64,000 nt of DNA from Tepidiforma sp. GTDB lineage: Bacteria > Chloroflexota > Dehalococcoidia > Tepidiformales > Tepidiformaceae. The stretch is taken from NCBI GenBank assembly GCA_026003995.1, contig BPIG01000001.1:505444-569443 (forward strand), written 5' to 3'. Position 1 is the first letter of the stretch. Each line of letters opens with the position of its first letter. Position numbers and translations under genes: made by a program. The notes under the pieces are model-generated. The model was given only the letters and a program-made list of their open reading frames with translations, had not been told where the DNA came from and searched no databases. Shown here piece by piece: positions 18,167 to 27,640 of the stretch.

Positions 18167-18206
18167 CCGCGGCCGGGGCATCACCTGCCCGGCCGCGGTT
18201 CTTTTG
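18167..18206 (+). terminator. rho-independent terminator after the sigma factor gene
   Basis: CCGCGGCCGGG (18167-18177), a 10-nt loop, CCCGGCCGCGG (18188-18198), followed by TTCTTTTG. Confidence 0.75.
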
Positions 18207-18433
18207 TCTCGTGCTCGAGACCGGCGCAGGGTGGCGGGTCGGGTGCGAAACGGTTCCTCCTTCACCGCCCGGACCCCTATTAGACCGGCGCAGCCTGCCG
18301 AAGATAGAGAGTGAGCCCGTGTCGCGCGGTCGATGCCATCGGCCATCGGCGCGCGCGGGAAGCGGCACCGGCTCGAGAACGAAGGACGGCACAGGCGGGC
18401 CAGCGCGCCCGGCGGTGCCCTGGGGGTGATGCA

Positions 18434-19207
18434 ATGGCGGACCGCTTCAATGACGGCTTCCGGAGCCAGGTCGCGTTCGTGACGCACACGCGCGACTACC
18501 GCTCGGCTGATGTGCTCCCGTCGCTGGCGCGCCACGGTTTCACGACGACGGAGCGGCCGCACGACCGCGAGACCGAGCGGCTGCTGGCGCAGTTCGACCC
18601 GGACCTGGTCGTGCTCGCCATCGATCCGCGCCACGATGACGATATCGCGCTCGTCCGGCAGGTGGCGCGCGCCTGCAAGGCGAACATCATCGTCGTCGCG
18701 CCCGGGCCGCATCCGCACGGCCTGAGCCTCGCCCTCGAAGCCGGCGCCGACGTTTGCGTCCGCGACACCGACGGCGCGGAGATGTTCAACGCGCAGCTGG
18801 GGGCGATGCTCCGGCGCCGGACGGCGGCGCAGGCCGAGCCTGAGGAGGACGACGGCCCGAGCACGATTACGGTCCGCGACCTCGTGCTGGACTTCGACCG
18901 CTGCCAGGCCGTCCGCAACGGCGAGACGATCCCGCTCACGCCGACCGAGTTCAAGATCCTCGCTTACCTGGCGAAGAACGCCGGCAAGGTGGTCAGCCCG
19001 GTCGAAATCCTGCGCGCCGTGCAGGATTACACCTACTCTGAGCGCGAAGCGCAGGAGATCGTGAAGGTCTACATCCGCCGGATTCGCCGGAAGGTGGAGC
19101 ACGACCCGGCAGAGCCGAGCTACATCGTCAATGTGCGCGGCTTCGGGTACATGCTCGAGCGGCGGAGCAACCGGCGCGATGCCGCGCGGTCGGTGGAGGC
19201 TGCCTGA
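18434..19207 (+). CDS. OmpR/PhoB-family winged-helix regulator with degenerate (atypical) receiver domain
   Basis: Start moved to ATG 18434 (MADRFNDG). The C-terminal wHTH is clear (LTPTEFKILAYLAKNAGKVVSPVEIL...YIRRIRRKVE...VRGFGYML). The receiver lacks the acidic DD pair (VAFVTHTRD), the T/S (IIVVAPG) and the K (GADVCVRDT). Confidence 0.8.
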   Translation: MADRFNDGFRSQVAFVTHTRDYRSADVLPSLARHGFTTTERPHDRETERLLAQFDPDLVVLAIDPRHDDDIALVRQVARACKANIIVVAPGPHPHGLSLALEAGADVCVRDTDGAEMFNAQLGAMLRRRTAAQAEPEEDDGPSTITVRDLVLDFDRCQAVRNGETIPLTPTEFKILAYLAKNAGKVVSPVEILRAVQDYTYSEREAQEIVKVYIRRIRRKVEHDPAEPSYIVNVRGFGYMLERRSNRRDAARSVEAA

Positions 19208-19242
19208 GCGGCCCGGCAATCCAGCGACCGTCAACGAAACCG

Positions 19243-19272
19243 ACAGCCCCGGCAGGAATCTGCCGGGGCTGT
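19243..19272. terminator. bidirectional stem-loop between convergent regulator and fbaB genes
   Basis: ACAGCCCCGGCAG, GAAT loop, CTGCCGGGGCTGT: a perfect 13-bp stem. T-richer sequence follows on the + side. Confidence 0.6.
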
Positions 19273-19298
19273 TATGTCGTATCCTGGCGTAGAGCCGG

Positions 19299-20399
19299 TC
19301 AGGCGATCGTCACGCCCTCGCAGCGGTAGACGTCCTGGATGGCGTTGAGGAGGGCGATGCCTTCGTTCATCGGCCGCTGGAAGGCCTTCCGGCCGGAGAT
19401 GAGGCCCATGCCGCCCGCGCGCTTGTTGATGACGGCGGTCTTCACGGCCTCTTTCAGGTCGCTTTCGCCGGCGCTGGCGCCGCCCGAGTTGATGAGGCCG
19501 ACGCGACCCATATAGCCGTTCGCAACCTGGTAGCGGGTGAGGTCGATCGGGTGGTCGGTCGTGAGCTTCGTGTACATCCGCTCGTCGAACTTGCCGTAGC
19601 TGCCCTTCTGGTTGAGGGCCCGGTAGCCGCCGTTCTGCTCCGGCAGCTTCTGCTTCACGATATCGGCCTGGATCGTGACGCCGAGGTGGTTCGCCTGGCC
19701 GGTCAGGTCGGCGGAGGTCTCGTGGTTGACGCCGTCGACCTTGAAGCCGGGATTGCGGAGGTAGCACCAGAGGACGGTCGCCATGCCGAGCTCGTGCGCA
19801 TAGGCGAACGCTTCGGAGACTTCGACGATCTGGCGGGCGCTCTCCTCGGACCCGAAGTAGATGGTCGCGCCGACGGCCGCCGCGCCGAGGTTCCACGCCT
19901 CCTTGATGGTGCCGAACATGATCTGGTCGTACTTGTTCGGGTAGGTGAGGAGCTCGTTGTGGTTGATCTTGACGATGAAGGGGATGCGGTGCGCGTACTT
20001 GCGGGCGACGGCGCCGAGCACGCCGAAGGTCGAGGCGACCGCGTTACAGCCGCCTTCGAGCGCGAGGAGGACGATGTTCTCGGGGTCGAAGTAGGCGGGG
20101 TTCTTGGCGAACGACGCGCCGCCGGAGTGCTCGATGCCCTGGTCGACCGGGAGGATGGAGACGTAGCCGGTGCCGGCGAGGCGGCCGTGGCCGAGGATAG
20201 CCTGCAGATTGCGGAGCACCTGCGGGGAGCGGTCGGACTGGGCCCAGACGCGGGTCACGAAATCGGGCCCGGGGAGGTGGAGGCTTGCCGCCGGGATGCC
20301 TTCGCAGCGGTGCTCGAGCAGGGAGGAGGCTTCGTCGCCGAGGATGTCGGCGATGTCACTCAGGGAGAGTTCGCGGGTGGGGCGTTCAGCGAGAACCAT
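19299..20399 (-). CDS. fbaB: class I fructose-bisphosphate aldolase (FbaB/DhnA type)
   Basis: 366 aa, near-colinear by eye with E. coli FbaB: [69 protein letters not shown]. Confidence 0.9.
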   Translation of the reverse strand: MVLAERPTRELSLSDIADILGDEASSLLEHRCEGIPAASLHLPGPDFVTRVWAQSDRSPQVLRNLQAILGHGRLAGTGYVSILPVDQGIEHSGGASFAKNPAYFDPENIVLLALEGGCNAVASTFGVLGAVARKYAHRIPFIVKINHNELLTYPNKYDQIMFGTIKEAWNLGAAAVGATIYFGSEESARQIVEVSEAFAYAHELGMATVLWCYLRNPGFKVDGVNHETSADLTGQANHLGVTIQADIVKQKLPEQNGGYRALNQKGSYGKFDERMYTKLTTDHPIDLTRYQVANGYMGRVGLINSGGASAGESDLKEAVKTAVINKRAGGMGLISGRKAFQRPMNEGIALLNAIQDVYRCEGVTIA

Positions 20400-20493
20400 C
20401 GTTGCGCCTCGATTCGGGATGGGCGGCTCCGCGCCGCCACGGGGATGATACCGCGGCCGCCCCGAGCGGTCGTGGCCCCCTATTCGTTGAGAG

Positions 20494-20542
20494 GATTTCT
20501 TTACCTTCGCTTCGGTTTCGGTGCGGTACGGTGAAAGAAATC
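20494..20542 (+). promoter_or_regulatory. imperfect inverted repeat upstream of the two-component operon
   Basis: GATTTCTTTACC (20494-20505) and GGTGAAAGAAATC (20530-20542) flank a run of NNCGG pentamers (TTCGG TTTCGG TGCGG TACGG). The repeat ends about 25 nt before ATG 20567. Function unknown. Confidence 0.3.
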
Positions 20543-20566
20543 GGCAACGACGAAGGAGGGTCGGCG

Positions 20567-21229
20567 ATGCGCGTGCTGGTCGTCGAGGACGAAGAGGCCA
20601 TCGCGGGAGCGATCGAGCGGGGCCTCGTGAAGCAGGGGTACGACGTCGACGTGGCCCGGGACGGCGCCGAGGCGCTGGAGATGGCCGCGGAGACGAATTA
20701 TGACGTGATCTGCCTCGACCTGAACCTGCCGCGCGTAGATGGCATCGAAGTCTGCCGGCGGCTGCGGGAGGACCGGTTCTCGGGCGGCATCATCATGCTG
20801 ACGGCGCGGAGCTCCATCCGGGAGCGGATCGAGGGGCTCGACCAGGGCGCCGACGACTACCTCGTGAAGCCGTTCGCCTTCAGCGAGCTGGCGGCCCGGA
20901 TCCGGGCGATCACCCGGCGGGAAGGGTCGATGCGCGAGCCCGTCATCGAAACGCGCGGGCTGGAGCTGGACCCGAATACGAACCGCTGCCGGCGGGCGGG
21001 CAAGGAGATCCACCTGACGCCGAAGGAGTTCGCGCTCCTCTACTACCTGGCGCGCAACGAGGGCCGGGCGGTCCCGCAGGAAGAGCTCCTGGAAAACATC
21101 TGGGACGAGCACGCCAACCCCTTCACCCAGACGGTGAAGGTGCACATGAACAACCTGCGCCGCAAACTGAATGAAGGATTCGAGGAACAGCTGATCGAGA
21201 CGATCCGCGGAAAGGGCTACGTCCTCTAG
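20567..21229 (+). CDS. OmpR-family response regulator (canonical receiver)
   Basis: ATG 20567 follows [51 protein letters not shown] and the wHTH are all present. Confidence 0.92.
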   Translation: MRVLVVEDEEAIAGAIERGLVKQGYDVDVARDGAEALEMAAETNYDVICLDLNLPRVDGIEVCRRLREDRFSGGIIMLTARSSIRERIEGLDQGADDYLVKPFAFSELAARIRAITRREGSMREPVIETRGLELDPNTNRCRRAGKEIHLTPKEFALLYYLARNEGRAVPQEELLENIWDEHANPFTQTVKVHMNNLRRKLNEGFEEQLIETIRGKGYVL

Positions 21230-21230
21230 G

Positions 21231-22478
21231 GTGCGCATGCCGCCGTTCTTCCGGAGCATCCGCTTCCGGCTCACGGTCTGGTACTCCAGCCTGCTGCTGG
21301 TTTTCGGCGTCGCCTTCGTCGTCGCGCTGAACCTCGCCGTGCGGTTCGACCAGCCGCGCGTCTTCGAACTGTCGCGCTCCAATGACGTGGTCTACACGCC
21401 AGTCCGGACCGGCCCAGCGCAGGCGATCGTGGTGCCGATCGAGACCGAAACGTACAGCCTGCGCGAAGTAGAAGACGGCATCTACTCGCACAGCCTCGAC
21501 CGGCTGCAGTACTGGTCGCTCGTTTCGGTGCTGGGCCTCGCGATCGCGTCGGGCATCGGCGGGTATGTCCTTTCCGGCGTCCTGCTCCGGCCGGTGCGGG
21601 ACATCACGGAGGCGGCCTCCGAGATCAGCGCGACGAACCTGAGCCGGCGGATCAACTACCAGGGGCCGCGCGACGAGCTGTGGGCGCTGGCCGACACCTT
21701 CGACTCGATGATCGGGCGGCTGGAAGCCTCGTTCGAACGGCAGCGGCAATTCGTGCAAGACGCCTCGCACGAGCTGAGGACGCCGCTCGCGGCCATTCGA
21801 ACGAACATCGAGGTGACCGAGATGGACCCGGATGCCTCGCTCGAGGAGTACCGCGAGCTCGTCGCGACCATCAAGAGCCAGACGGAGCGGCTGACGCGCC
21901 TGAGCGAAGACCTGCTGCTCCTCACGAACGACGACGGCGCTCGGGTGGAGCGCGAAGAGGTCGACCTGGCCGCGCTGGCTGCCGACGTCATTGCGGAGAT
22001 GCAGCCGCTCGCCGCCCAGCGCGGCGTCGCCCTCCGCCGCGAGGTGCGGGAGCCGGCGGAGGCGGTTGCCAGCCCCGACTTGCTGCACCGGTGCGTCCTG
22101 AACCTCGTCGATAACGCCATCAAGTACTCGGGCGAAGGCTCCACGGTCACCGTCCGCGTCGCGGACTCTGGCAAGGCGGCCCGGGTGGAAGTCGAGGACA
22201 ACGGCCCGGGCATCCCGCCGGAGGCGCTGCCGCACATCTTCGACCGCTTCTACCGGGTGGATAAGGGCCGGAGCAGGCGGGAAGGCGGCACGGGGCTCGG
22301 CCTCGCGATCGTGAAGGAGCTCATCGGGGCGATGGGCGGCAGCGTGGGCGTGCGGTCGGAACCGGGCGCCGGGAGTACGTTCTGGATCGAGCTGCCGAAG
22401 GCGCTGGAACCGTCCGATTCGCCGGCACCGGCTCCGCGGGGCGGTGCGCTCGCGTGGGAGCCGGGACGGCAGGCTTGA
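21231..22478 (+). CDS. sensor histidine kinase (2 TM, HAMP, HisKA, HATPase_c)
   Basis: H-box FVQDASHELRTPLAAI, N-box NLVDNAIKYS, G1 DNGPGI, G2 GGTGLGLAIV. Starts 2 nt after the regulator stop (GTG 21231 or ATG 21237). Confidence 0.92.
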   Translation: MRMPPFFRSIRFRLTVWYSSLLLVFGVAFVVALNLAVRFDQPRVFELSRSNDVVYTPVRTGPAQAIVVPIETETYSLREVEDGIYSHSLDRLQYWSLVSVLGLAIASGIGGYVLSGVLLRPVRDITEAASEISATNLSRRINYQGPRDELWALADTFDSMIGRLEASFERQRQFVQDASHELRTPLAAIRTNIEVTEMDPDASLEEYRELVATIKSQTERLTRLSEDLLLLTNDDGARVEREEVDLAALAADVIAEMQPLAAQRGVALRREVREPAEAVASPDLLHRCVLNLVDNAIKYSGEGSTVTVRVADSGKAARVEVEDNGPGIPPEALPHIFDRFYRVDKGRSRREGGTGLGLAIVKELIGAMGGSVGVRSEPGAGSTFWIELPKALEPSDSPAPAPRGGALAWEPGRQA

Positions 22479-22584
22479 CCGGGCCATCGGCCCTTCGTAG
22501 GGTCGAACGGGGGACCGCCGGTAAGCCACCGTACCGCCCCTCCACGGGAGTCGTGGCCTACTGGAGGCAGGAGGAGATGACGGC

Positions 22585-24507
22585 GTGACGCAGCTACTCG
22601 ATCGGATTGACAGCCCGCGCGACCTCCGTGGGCTCACGTACGACCAGCTCGAGGCGCTGGCCGCCGAGATTCGGCAATTCCTCGTGCAGACGGTCGACGG
22701 CATCGGCGGCGGCGGCCATCTCGCCTCCAACCTCGGCGTCGTCGAACTGACGATCGCACTGCACCGGCTTTTCGATTCGCCGAAGGACAAGATCGTCTGG
22801 GACGTCAGCCATCAGGTGTACGTCCACAAGATCCTCACGGGCCGGAAGGACCGGATGGCGACCATCCGCCAGTTCGGCGGGCTGAGCGGGTTCGCCGACC
22901 GGAAGGAGAGCGAGCACGACGTCTTCGGCGCGGGCCACGCCGGGACCTCGATCTCGGCGGCGGTCGGCATGGCAGTCGCGCGCGACTTCAAGGGCGACGA
23001 CTTCTACGCCATCGCGGTCATCGGCGACGGCGCGATGACGTGCGGCATGGCGCTCGAGGCGATGAACCACGCCGGCCATCTCGGCCTGCACCGGCTCATC
23101 GTCATCCTGAACGACAACGCGATGTCGATCTCGCCGAACGTCGGCGCGCTGAGCCGGAACGTCAACAAGCTGCGCGTCGACCCGCTTTACCGCAACGCCA
23201 AGCGGGAGATCGGTGAACTGGTCGAGCACCTGCCCCTCGGCCGGCAGGTCTGGGAGGGCGCGAAGCGGGTGAAGGCGAGCCTGCGCGACCTGCTCGTGCC
23301 GGCCAGCTTCTGGGAGCAGTTCGGCTTCGAGTATTACGGCCCGATCGACGGCCACGACATCCGGGAGCTCGAAGCGACGCTGCGGGCGATCAAGAAGGTC
23401 GAAGGCAAGCCGGTGCTCCTGCACGTGCTCACAGAGAAGGGGCACGGCGTGCCGGAGGCGGCGGCCGACCCCATCAAGAGCCACAGCGGCACCTACTGGC
23501 TGAAGAAGTCGGACCCTGCGGCGCCGGCACCAAAGCCGACGTACAGCCAGGTGTTCGCGCAGGCGGTGCAGGAGCTCATCGAATCCGACCCGCGGGTGGT
23601 CGCCATCACGGCGGCAATGCTCGAGGGAACGGGTCTCGCACCGGTCCATGCGAAACACCCGGACCGCGTGTTCGATGTGGCCATCGCAGAGCAGCACGCG
23701 GTGACGTTCGCTGCGGGGCTCGCGACCCAGGGCATCCGGCCCATCGCGGCGATCTACAGCACGTTCCTGCAGCGCGGGTATGACTCCGTGGTGCACGACG
23801 TGGTGGTGCAGAACCTGCCGGTCGTGTTCGCGATGGACCGGGCGGGGTTCGTCGGGGACGACGGGAAGACGCACCAGGGCTTCATCGATATCAGCTACCT
23901 GCGCTGCCTGCCGAACATGGTCGTGAGCGCGCCGAAGGACGAGCGGGAGCTGCGCGACCTGCTCTATACCGGGGTCCACCACGAGGGCCCGTTCGCGGTC
24001 CGCTACCCGCGCGGGAGCGGGCCCGGCGCGCCGACGGATTTGCCGATGGAGCGCATCCCGGTCGGGAAAGGGGAGCTGCTCCGGGCCGGCCGCGACATCG
24101 CGCTGGTCGGCTTCGGCGCCCCGGTGACCGAATGCCTCAAGGCGGCGAGCCTGCTCGAGGCCGACGGCATCGACGCAGCGGTCATCAACGCGCGGTTCGC
24201 CAAGCCGCTCGATGCCGAGCTGCTGCTCGAGGCGGCCCGCACGACCGCCGGCATCATCACCGCGGAGGAGAACGTCCGGGCCGGCGGTTTCGGCGACGCG
24301 GTGCTCGAACTGCTCGCCGACCACGGCCTCGCTGACCGGTACCTCGGCGCGCTCGCCATGCCGGACGCGATCGTCGACCACGGGCCGCAGGCGACGATGC
24401 GCCACCTGCACCGGCTCGATGCCGAGGGCATCGCGGCCGCGGCCCGGGAGGCGCTGGCGGTCCGGGGCTGGTCGGCCCCGGCCCCGGCCGACCTCGCCCG
24501 GGCATGA
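22585..24507 (+). CDS. dxs: 1-deoxy-D-xylulose-5-phosphate synthase
   Basis: 640 aa. GGHLASNLGVVELT, GAGHAGTSISAA, ThDP motif GDGAMTCGMALEAMN...LNDN, and transketolase-like pyrimidine and C-terminal domains. GTG start follows GGAGGCAGGAGGAG. Confidence 0.95.
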   Translation: MTQLLDRIDSPRDLRGLTYDQLEALAAEIRQFLVQTVDGIGGGGHLASNLGVVELTIALHRLFDSPKDKIVWDVSHQVYVHKILTGRKDRMATIRQFGGLSGFADRKESEHDVFGAGHAGTSISAAVGMAVARDFKGDDFYAIAVIGDGAMTCGMALEAMNHAGHLGLHRLIVILNDNAMSISPNVGALSRNVNKLRVDPLYRNAKREIGELVEHLPLGRQVWEGAKRVKASLRDLLVPASFWEQFGFEYYGPIDGHDIRELEATLRAIKKVEGKPVLLHVLTEKGHGVPEAAADPIKSHSGTYWLKKSDPAAPAPKPTYSQVFAQAVQELIESDPRVVAITAAMLEGTGLAPVHAKHPDRVFDVAIAEQHAVTFAAGLATQGIRPIAAIYSTFLQRGYDSVVHDVVVQNLPVVFAMDRAGFVGDDGKTHQGFIDISYLRCLPNMVVSAPKDERELRDLLYTGVHHEGPFAVRYPRGSGPGAPTDLPMERIPVGKGELLRAGRDIALVGFGAPVTECLKAASLLEADGIDAAVINARFAKPLDAELLLEAARTTAGIITAEENVRAGGFGDAVLELLADHGLADRYLGALAMPDAIVDHGPQATMRHLHRLDAEGIAAAAREALAVRGWSAPAPADLARA

Positions 24508-25505
24508 GCCTGCCGCCGGAGTTCCAGGGCGGGCTGCCGCTCATCGAAGACGCGCTGCGGCGCGCCCTGGCGGATGGGCCGGCTGATCTGGTCCGCTTGT
24601 CCCGTTATGTCATGGGATGGGAAGACGCCGACGGGCGGGCGGCAGCCGGCGGCGGGAAGCGGCTGCGACCGCTGATGTGCCTCGAGGTCGCGGCTGCGGC
24701 TGGAGCCCAGCCCGAGCAGGCGCTGCCTGGCGCCACCGCTGTCGAGCTGGTCCACAACTTTTCGCTCGTCCACGACGACATCCAGGATGGCGATGCACTC
24801 CGCCACGGCCGGCCGACGGCGTGGCGCATCGTCGGAGAGCCGCAGGCGATCAACCTGGGCAACTTCCTCTACACGCGGGGCCTGCGCCAGCTGGCCGACA
24901 GCCGCCTGCCGGGCGCGCCGCTGGCGCTCGCGATCCTGTTCGAGGCCGTCGAGCGGATGGTCGCGGGGCAATGGGCGGACATCGCCTTCGAAGCCCGCGA
25001 CGACGTGACCGAGCAGGAATACCTTGCGATGGTCGAGGGCAAGACCGGCGCGCTGCTCGGCGCGGCGGCCGGCATCGGGGCGGCACTGGCAGGCGCTCCG
25101 CGTGAGACGGTCGAACGGTTTCGCGCGTGGGGCGAACGGCTCGGGCTGGCGTTCCAGGTCCAGGACGACTACCTCGGCGCGTGGGGCGACGCGGCGGCAA
25201 CTGGGAAGTCGACCTCCAGCGACATCACGCGCCGGAAGAAGACGCTGCCAGTCGTGTTCGCCCTGGCATCCGGCCGGAGCCGCGACGCGCTGCGGACGCT
25301 CTACCGCGATGCGCCGGCTTCTGACGGCGACACGGCGAGGGTGCTCGAGCTGCTTGAGGAAAGCGGCGCCCGGGAGCATACGCGGGCGCTCGCCCGGCGG
25401 TTTTCGGCAGAGGCAGACGCGCTGCTCACGGACATCGCGATCGCTGAGGGCGCTCGGGAGCGGCTCAGGGCGTTCGCCCGCTTCATCGCGGAGCGTGACC
25501 GCTAG
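24504..25505 (+). CDS. polyprenyl diphosphate synthase (FPP/GGPP synthase family)
   Basis: FARM LVHDDIQD and SARM FQVQDDYLG. ATGA overlap with the dxs stop. Confidence 0.88.
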   Translation: MSLPPEFQGGLPLIEDALRRALADGPADLVRLSRYVMGWEDADGRAAAGGGKRLRPLMCLEVAAAAGAQPEQALPGATAVELVHNFSLVHDDIQDGDALRHGRPTAWRIVGEPQAINLGNFLYTRGLRQLADSRLPGAPLALAILFEAVERMVAGQWADIAFEARDDVTEQEYLAMVEGKTGALLGAAAGIGAALAGAPRETVERFRAWGERLGLAFQVQDDYLGAWGDAAATGKSTSSDITRRKKTLPVVFALASGRSRDALRTLYRDAPASDGDTARVLELLEESGAREHTRALARRFSAEADALLTDIAIAEGARERLRAFARFIAERDR

Positions 25506-25558
25506 CCCCTGCCCTGCGACGATCGCCCGGTGACCCGACCGGGGCGCGGAGGCCGGAG

Positions 25559-26143
25559 ATGTTCGAAAACGTGCGCGAAGACATCCGCCAGGCGGTGACG
25601 TGGCACGCGGTGCCACTGGTCCGCCGGTGGCTCGGGCCGCGCGCGGAAGCTGCCGCCAGCATCATCCTCTCGCCCGAGGCGCAGGTCGTGCTCATCTACC
25701 GGCTGCAGGCGTGGCTGCGGCGGCGCGGGATTCCGCTGCTGCCGAACCTGTGCCGCCGGCTGACGATGCTGCTCGCCGGCGTCTCCATAGGCGACCGGGT
25801 GGAAATCGGGCCGGGGCTGCTGCTCAACCACGGCCACGTGGTCATCGACGGGACGACGCGCATCGGGCCGTTCTGCTCCATCGCCCCGTTCGTCACGATC
25901 GGGCTGAACACGGGCGGCCCGGATGTCTCGCTCGATGGGCCGACCATCGGGCGGTTCGTCTTCATCGGGACGGGCGCGAAGATCCTCGGGCCGGTAACGG
26001 TCGGCGACAACGCGCGCATCGGCGCGAACGCGGTGGTCATCTCGGACGTGCCGGCGAACGCGACGGCGGTGGGTGTGCCGGCACGGGTCATCGCGCACGA
26101 ATACCCCCTCGGGCCCGCGAAAACGGAGCGCCCCGGGGGCTGA
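25559..26143 (+). CDS. serine O-acetyltransferase-like hexapeptide-repeat acyltransferase
   Basis: Left-handed beta-helix hexapeptide repeats (IGDRVEIGPG, IGRFVFIGTGAKILGPVTVGDNARIGANAVV) with a CysE-like N-terminal helix (LIYRLQAWLRRRG). Substrate not assignable. Confidence 0.7.
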   Translation: MFENVREDIRQAVTWHAVPLVRRWLGPRAEAAASIILSPEAQVVLIYRLQAWLRRRGIPLLPNLCRRLTMLLAGVSIGDRVEIGPGLLLNHGHVVIDGTTRIGPFCSIAPFVTIGLNTGGPDVSLDGPTIGRFVFIGTGAKILGPVTVGDNARIGANAVVISDVPANATAVGVPARVIAHEYPLGPAKTERPGG

Positions 26144-26188
26144 GCCGCGGGGCGCCGTTCGAATTTCCCGGAAATTCCCGAGGGGCGG

Positions 26189-27640
26189 TCAGTTGATCGG
26201 GAGGCGGGTGTCGCCCATCAGGTACTGGTCGATGCCGCGGGCCGCGGCGCGCCCCTCGGCGATCGCCCAGACGATGAGCGACTGGCCCCGGGTCATATCG
26301 CCGGCGGTGAACACGCCGGGCACCGACGTCATCTTGTTCTCGTCGGCCCAGACGTTGCCGCGTTCGGTGAGCTGGACGCCGAGCTGCTCCAGGAGGCCGC
26401 CTTTCTCGGGGCCGAGGAACCCCATGGCGAGGAGCAGGAGGTCGACCGGCTCCGAGAACTCGCTCCCGGGAATCTCGCGCATGACCTGGCGGCCGTGTTC
26501 GTTGACGAATTCGACCCGCACGGCGTGGAGCGTCGTGAGGCGGCCGTTTTCGCCGGAGAGGCGAGTCGTCATGATGCAGTAGTCACGGGTGCCGCCCTCC
26601 TCGTGGGCCGAGGAGACGCGGTAGATGTTCGGGTAGAGCGGCCAGGGCTGCTCGGGCGGACGGCTGGCCGGCGGCTTCGGGAGGATTTCGTACTGGAGGA
26701 CTTCGCGTGCGCCCTGGCGGAGCGCGGTGCCGAGGCAGTCCGCGCCGGTGTCGCCGCCGCCGAGGATGATGACGCGCTTGTCCTTCGCGCTGATGAATTC
26801 GTCCTCGGGGATCTCGTCGCCGGCGTTCCGGCGGTTCTGCATCGGGAGGTACTGCATGGCGAAGTAGACGCCCTTGAGCTCGCGGCCGGGCACCTGGAGG
26901 TCGCGCGGCTGGGTCGCGCCGCCGGCGAGGCAGATGGCGTCGAACTCCTCGAGCAGTTCCCGGGCGTCGATGTCCTTGCCGACGTTGACGCCCGCGCGGA
27001 AGACGACGCCCTCGGCCTCCATCTGGGCGAGGCGGCGGTCGAGGAAGCGCTTCTCCATCTTGAAATCCGGGATGCCGTAGCGGAGGAGGCCGCCGATGCG
27101 GTCATCCCGTTCGAAGACCGTGACTTCGTGGCCGGCGCGCGCGAGCTGCTGCGCGCAGGCAAGCCCGGCCGGCCCGGAGCCGATGACGGCGACCGTCTTG
27201 CCGGTGCGGTGGGTAGCCGGCTGGGGCTTCACCCAGCCCGCCTGCCACGCATACTCGATGATTTCGAGTTCGACCTGCTTGATAGTGACCGGGTCGTTGT
27301 TGATGCCGAGGACGCAGGCGGTTTCGCACGGGGCCGGGCAGAGGCGGCCGGTGAACTCCGGGAAGTTGTTCGTCGCGTGCAGGCGGTCGATGGCGTCGCG
27401 CCACCGGTCGCGGTACACGAGGTCGTTCCAGTCGGGGATGATGTTGCCGAGCGGGCAGCCCTGGTGGCAGAAGGGGATGCCGCAGTCCATGCAGCGGGCG
27501 GCCTGCGTCTTGAGCTTCTCGAGCGGGAACTCTTCGTAGACTTCGAGCCAGTCGTGGACGCGCTGGTCGACGGGGCGGCGCTTCGGCGTTTCGCGGGAGT
27601 ACTCGAGGAATCCGGTCGGCTTAGCCACGGGCAGCTCCAA
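26189..27640 (-). CDS. gltD: glutamate synthase small (NADPH) subunit
   Basis: KPTGFLEY start, Fe-S Cys cluster CMDCGIPFC...GCPLGN, Rossmann [12 protein letters not shown], second [16 protein letters not shown] 27628 (GGAG 7 nt upstream, GTGGCTAA overlap with the gltB stop) is a likely alternative to the listed TTG 27640. Confidence 0.93.
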   Translation of the reverse strand: MELPVAKPTGFLEYSRETPKRRPVDQRVHDWLEVYEEFPLEKLKTQAARCMDCGIPFCHQGCPLGNIIPDWNDLVYRDRWRDAIDRLHATNNFPEFTGRLCPAPCETACVLGINNDPVTIKQVELEIIEYAWQAGWVKPQPATHRTGKTVAVIGSGPAGLACAQQLARAGHEVTVFERDDRIGGLLRYGIPDFKMEKRFLDRRLAQMEAEGVVFRAGVNVGKDIDARELLEEFDAICLAGGATQPRDLQVPGRELKGVYFAMQYLPMQNRRNAGDEIPEDEFISAKDKRVIILGGGDTGADCLGTALRQGAREVLQYEILPKPPASRPPEQPWPLYPNIYRVSSAHEEGGTRDYCIMTTRLSGENGRLTTLHAVRVEFVNEHGRQVMREIPGSEFSEPVDLLLLAMGFLGPEKGGLLEQLGVQLTERGNVWADENKMTSVPGVFTAGDMTRGQSLIVWAIAEGRAAARGIDQYLMGDTRLPIN

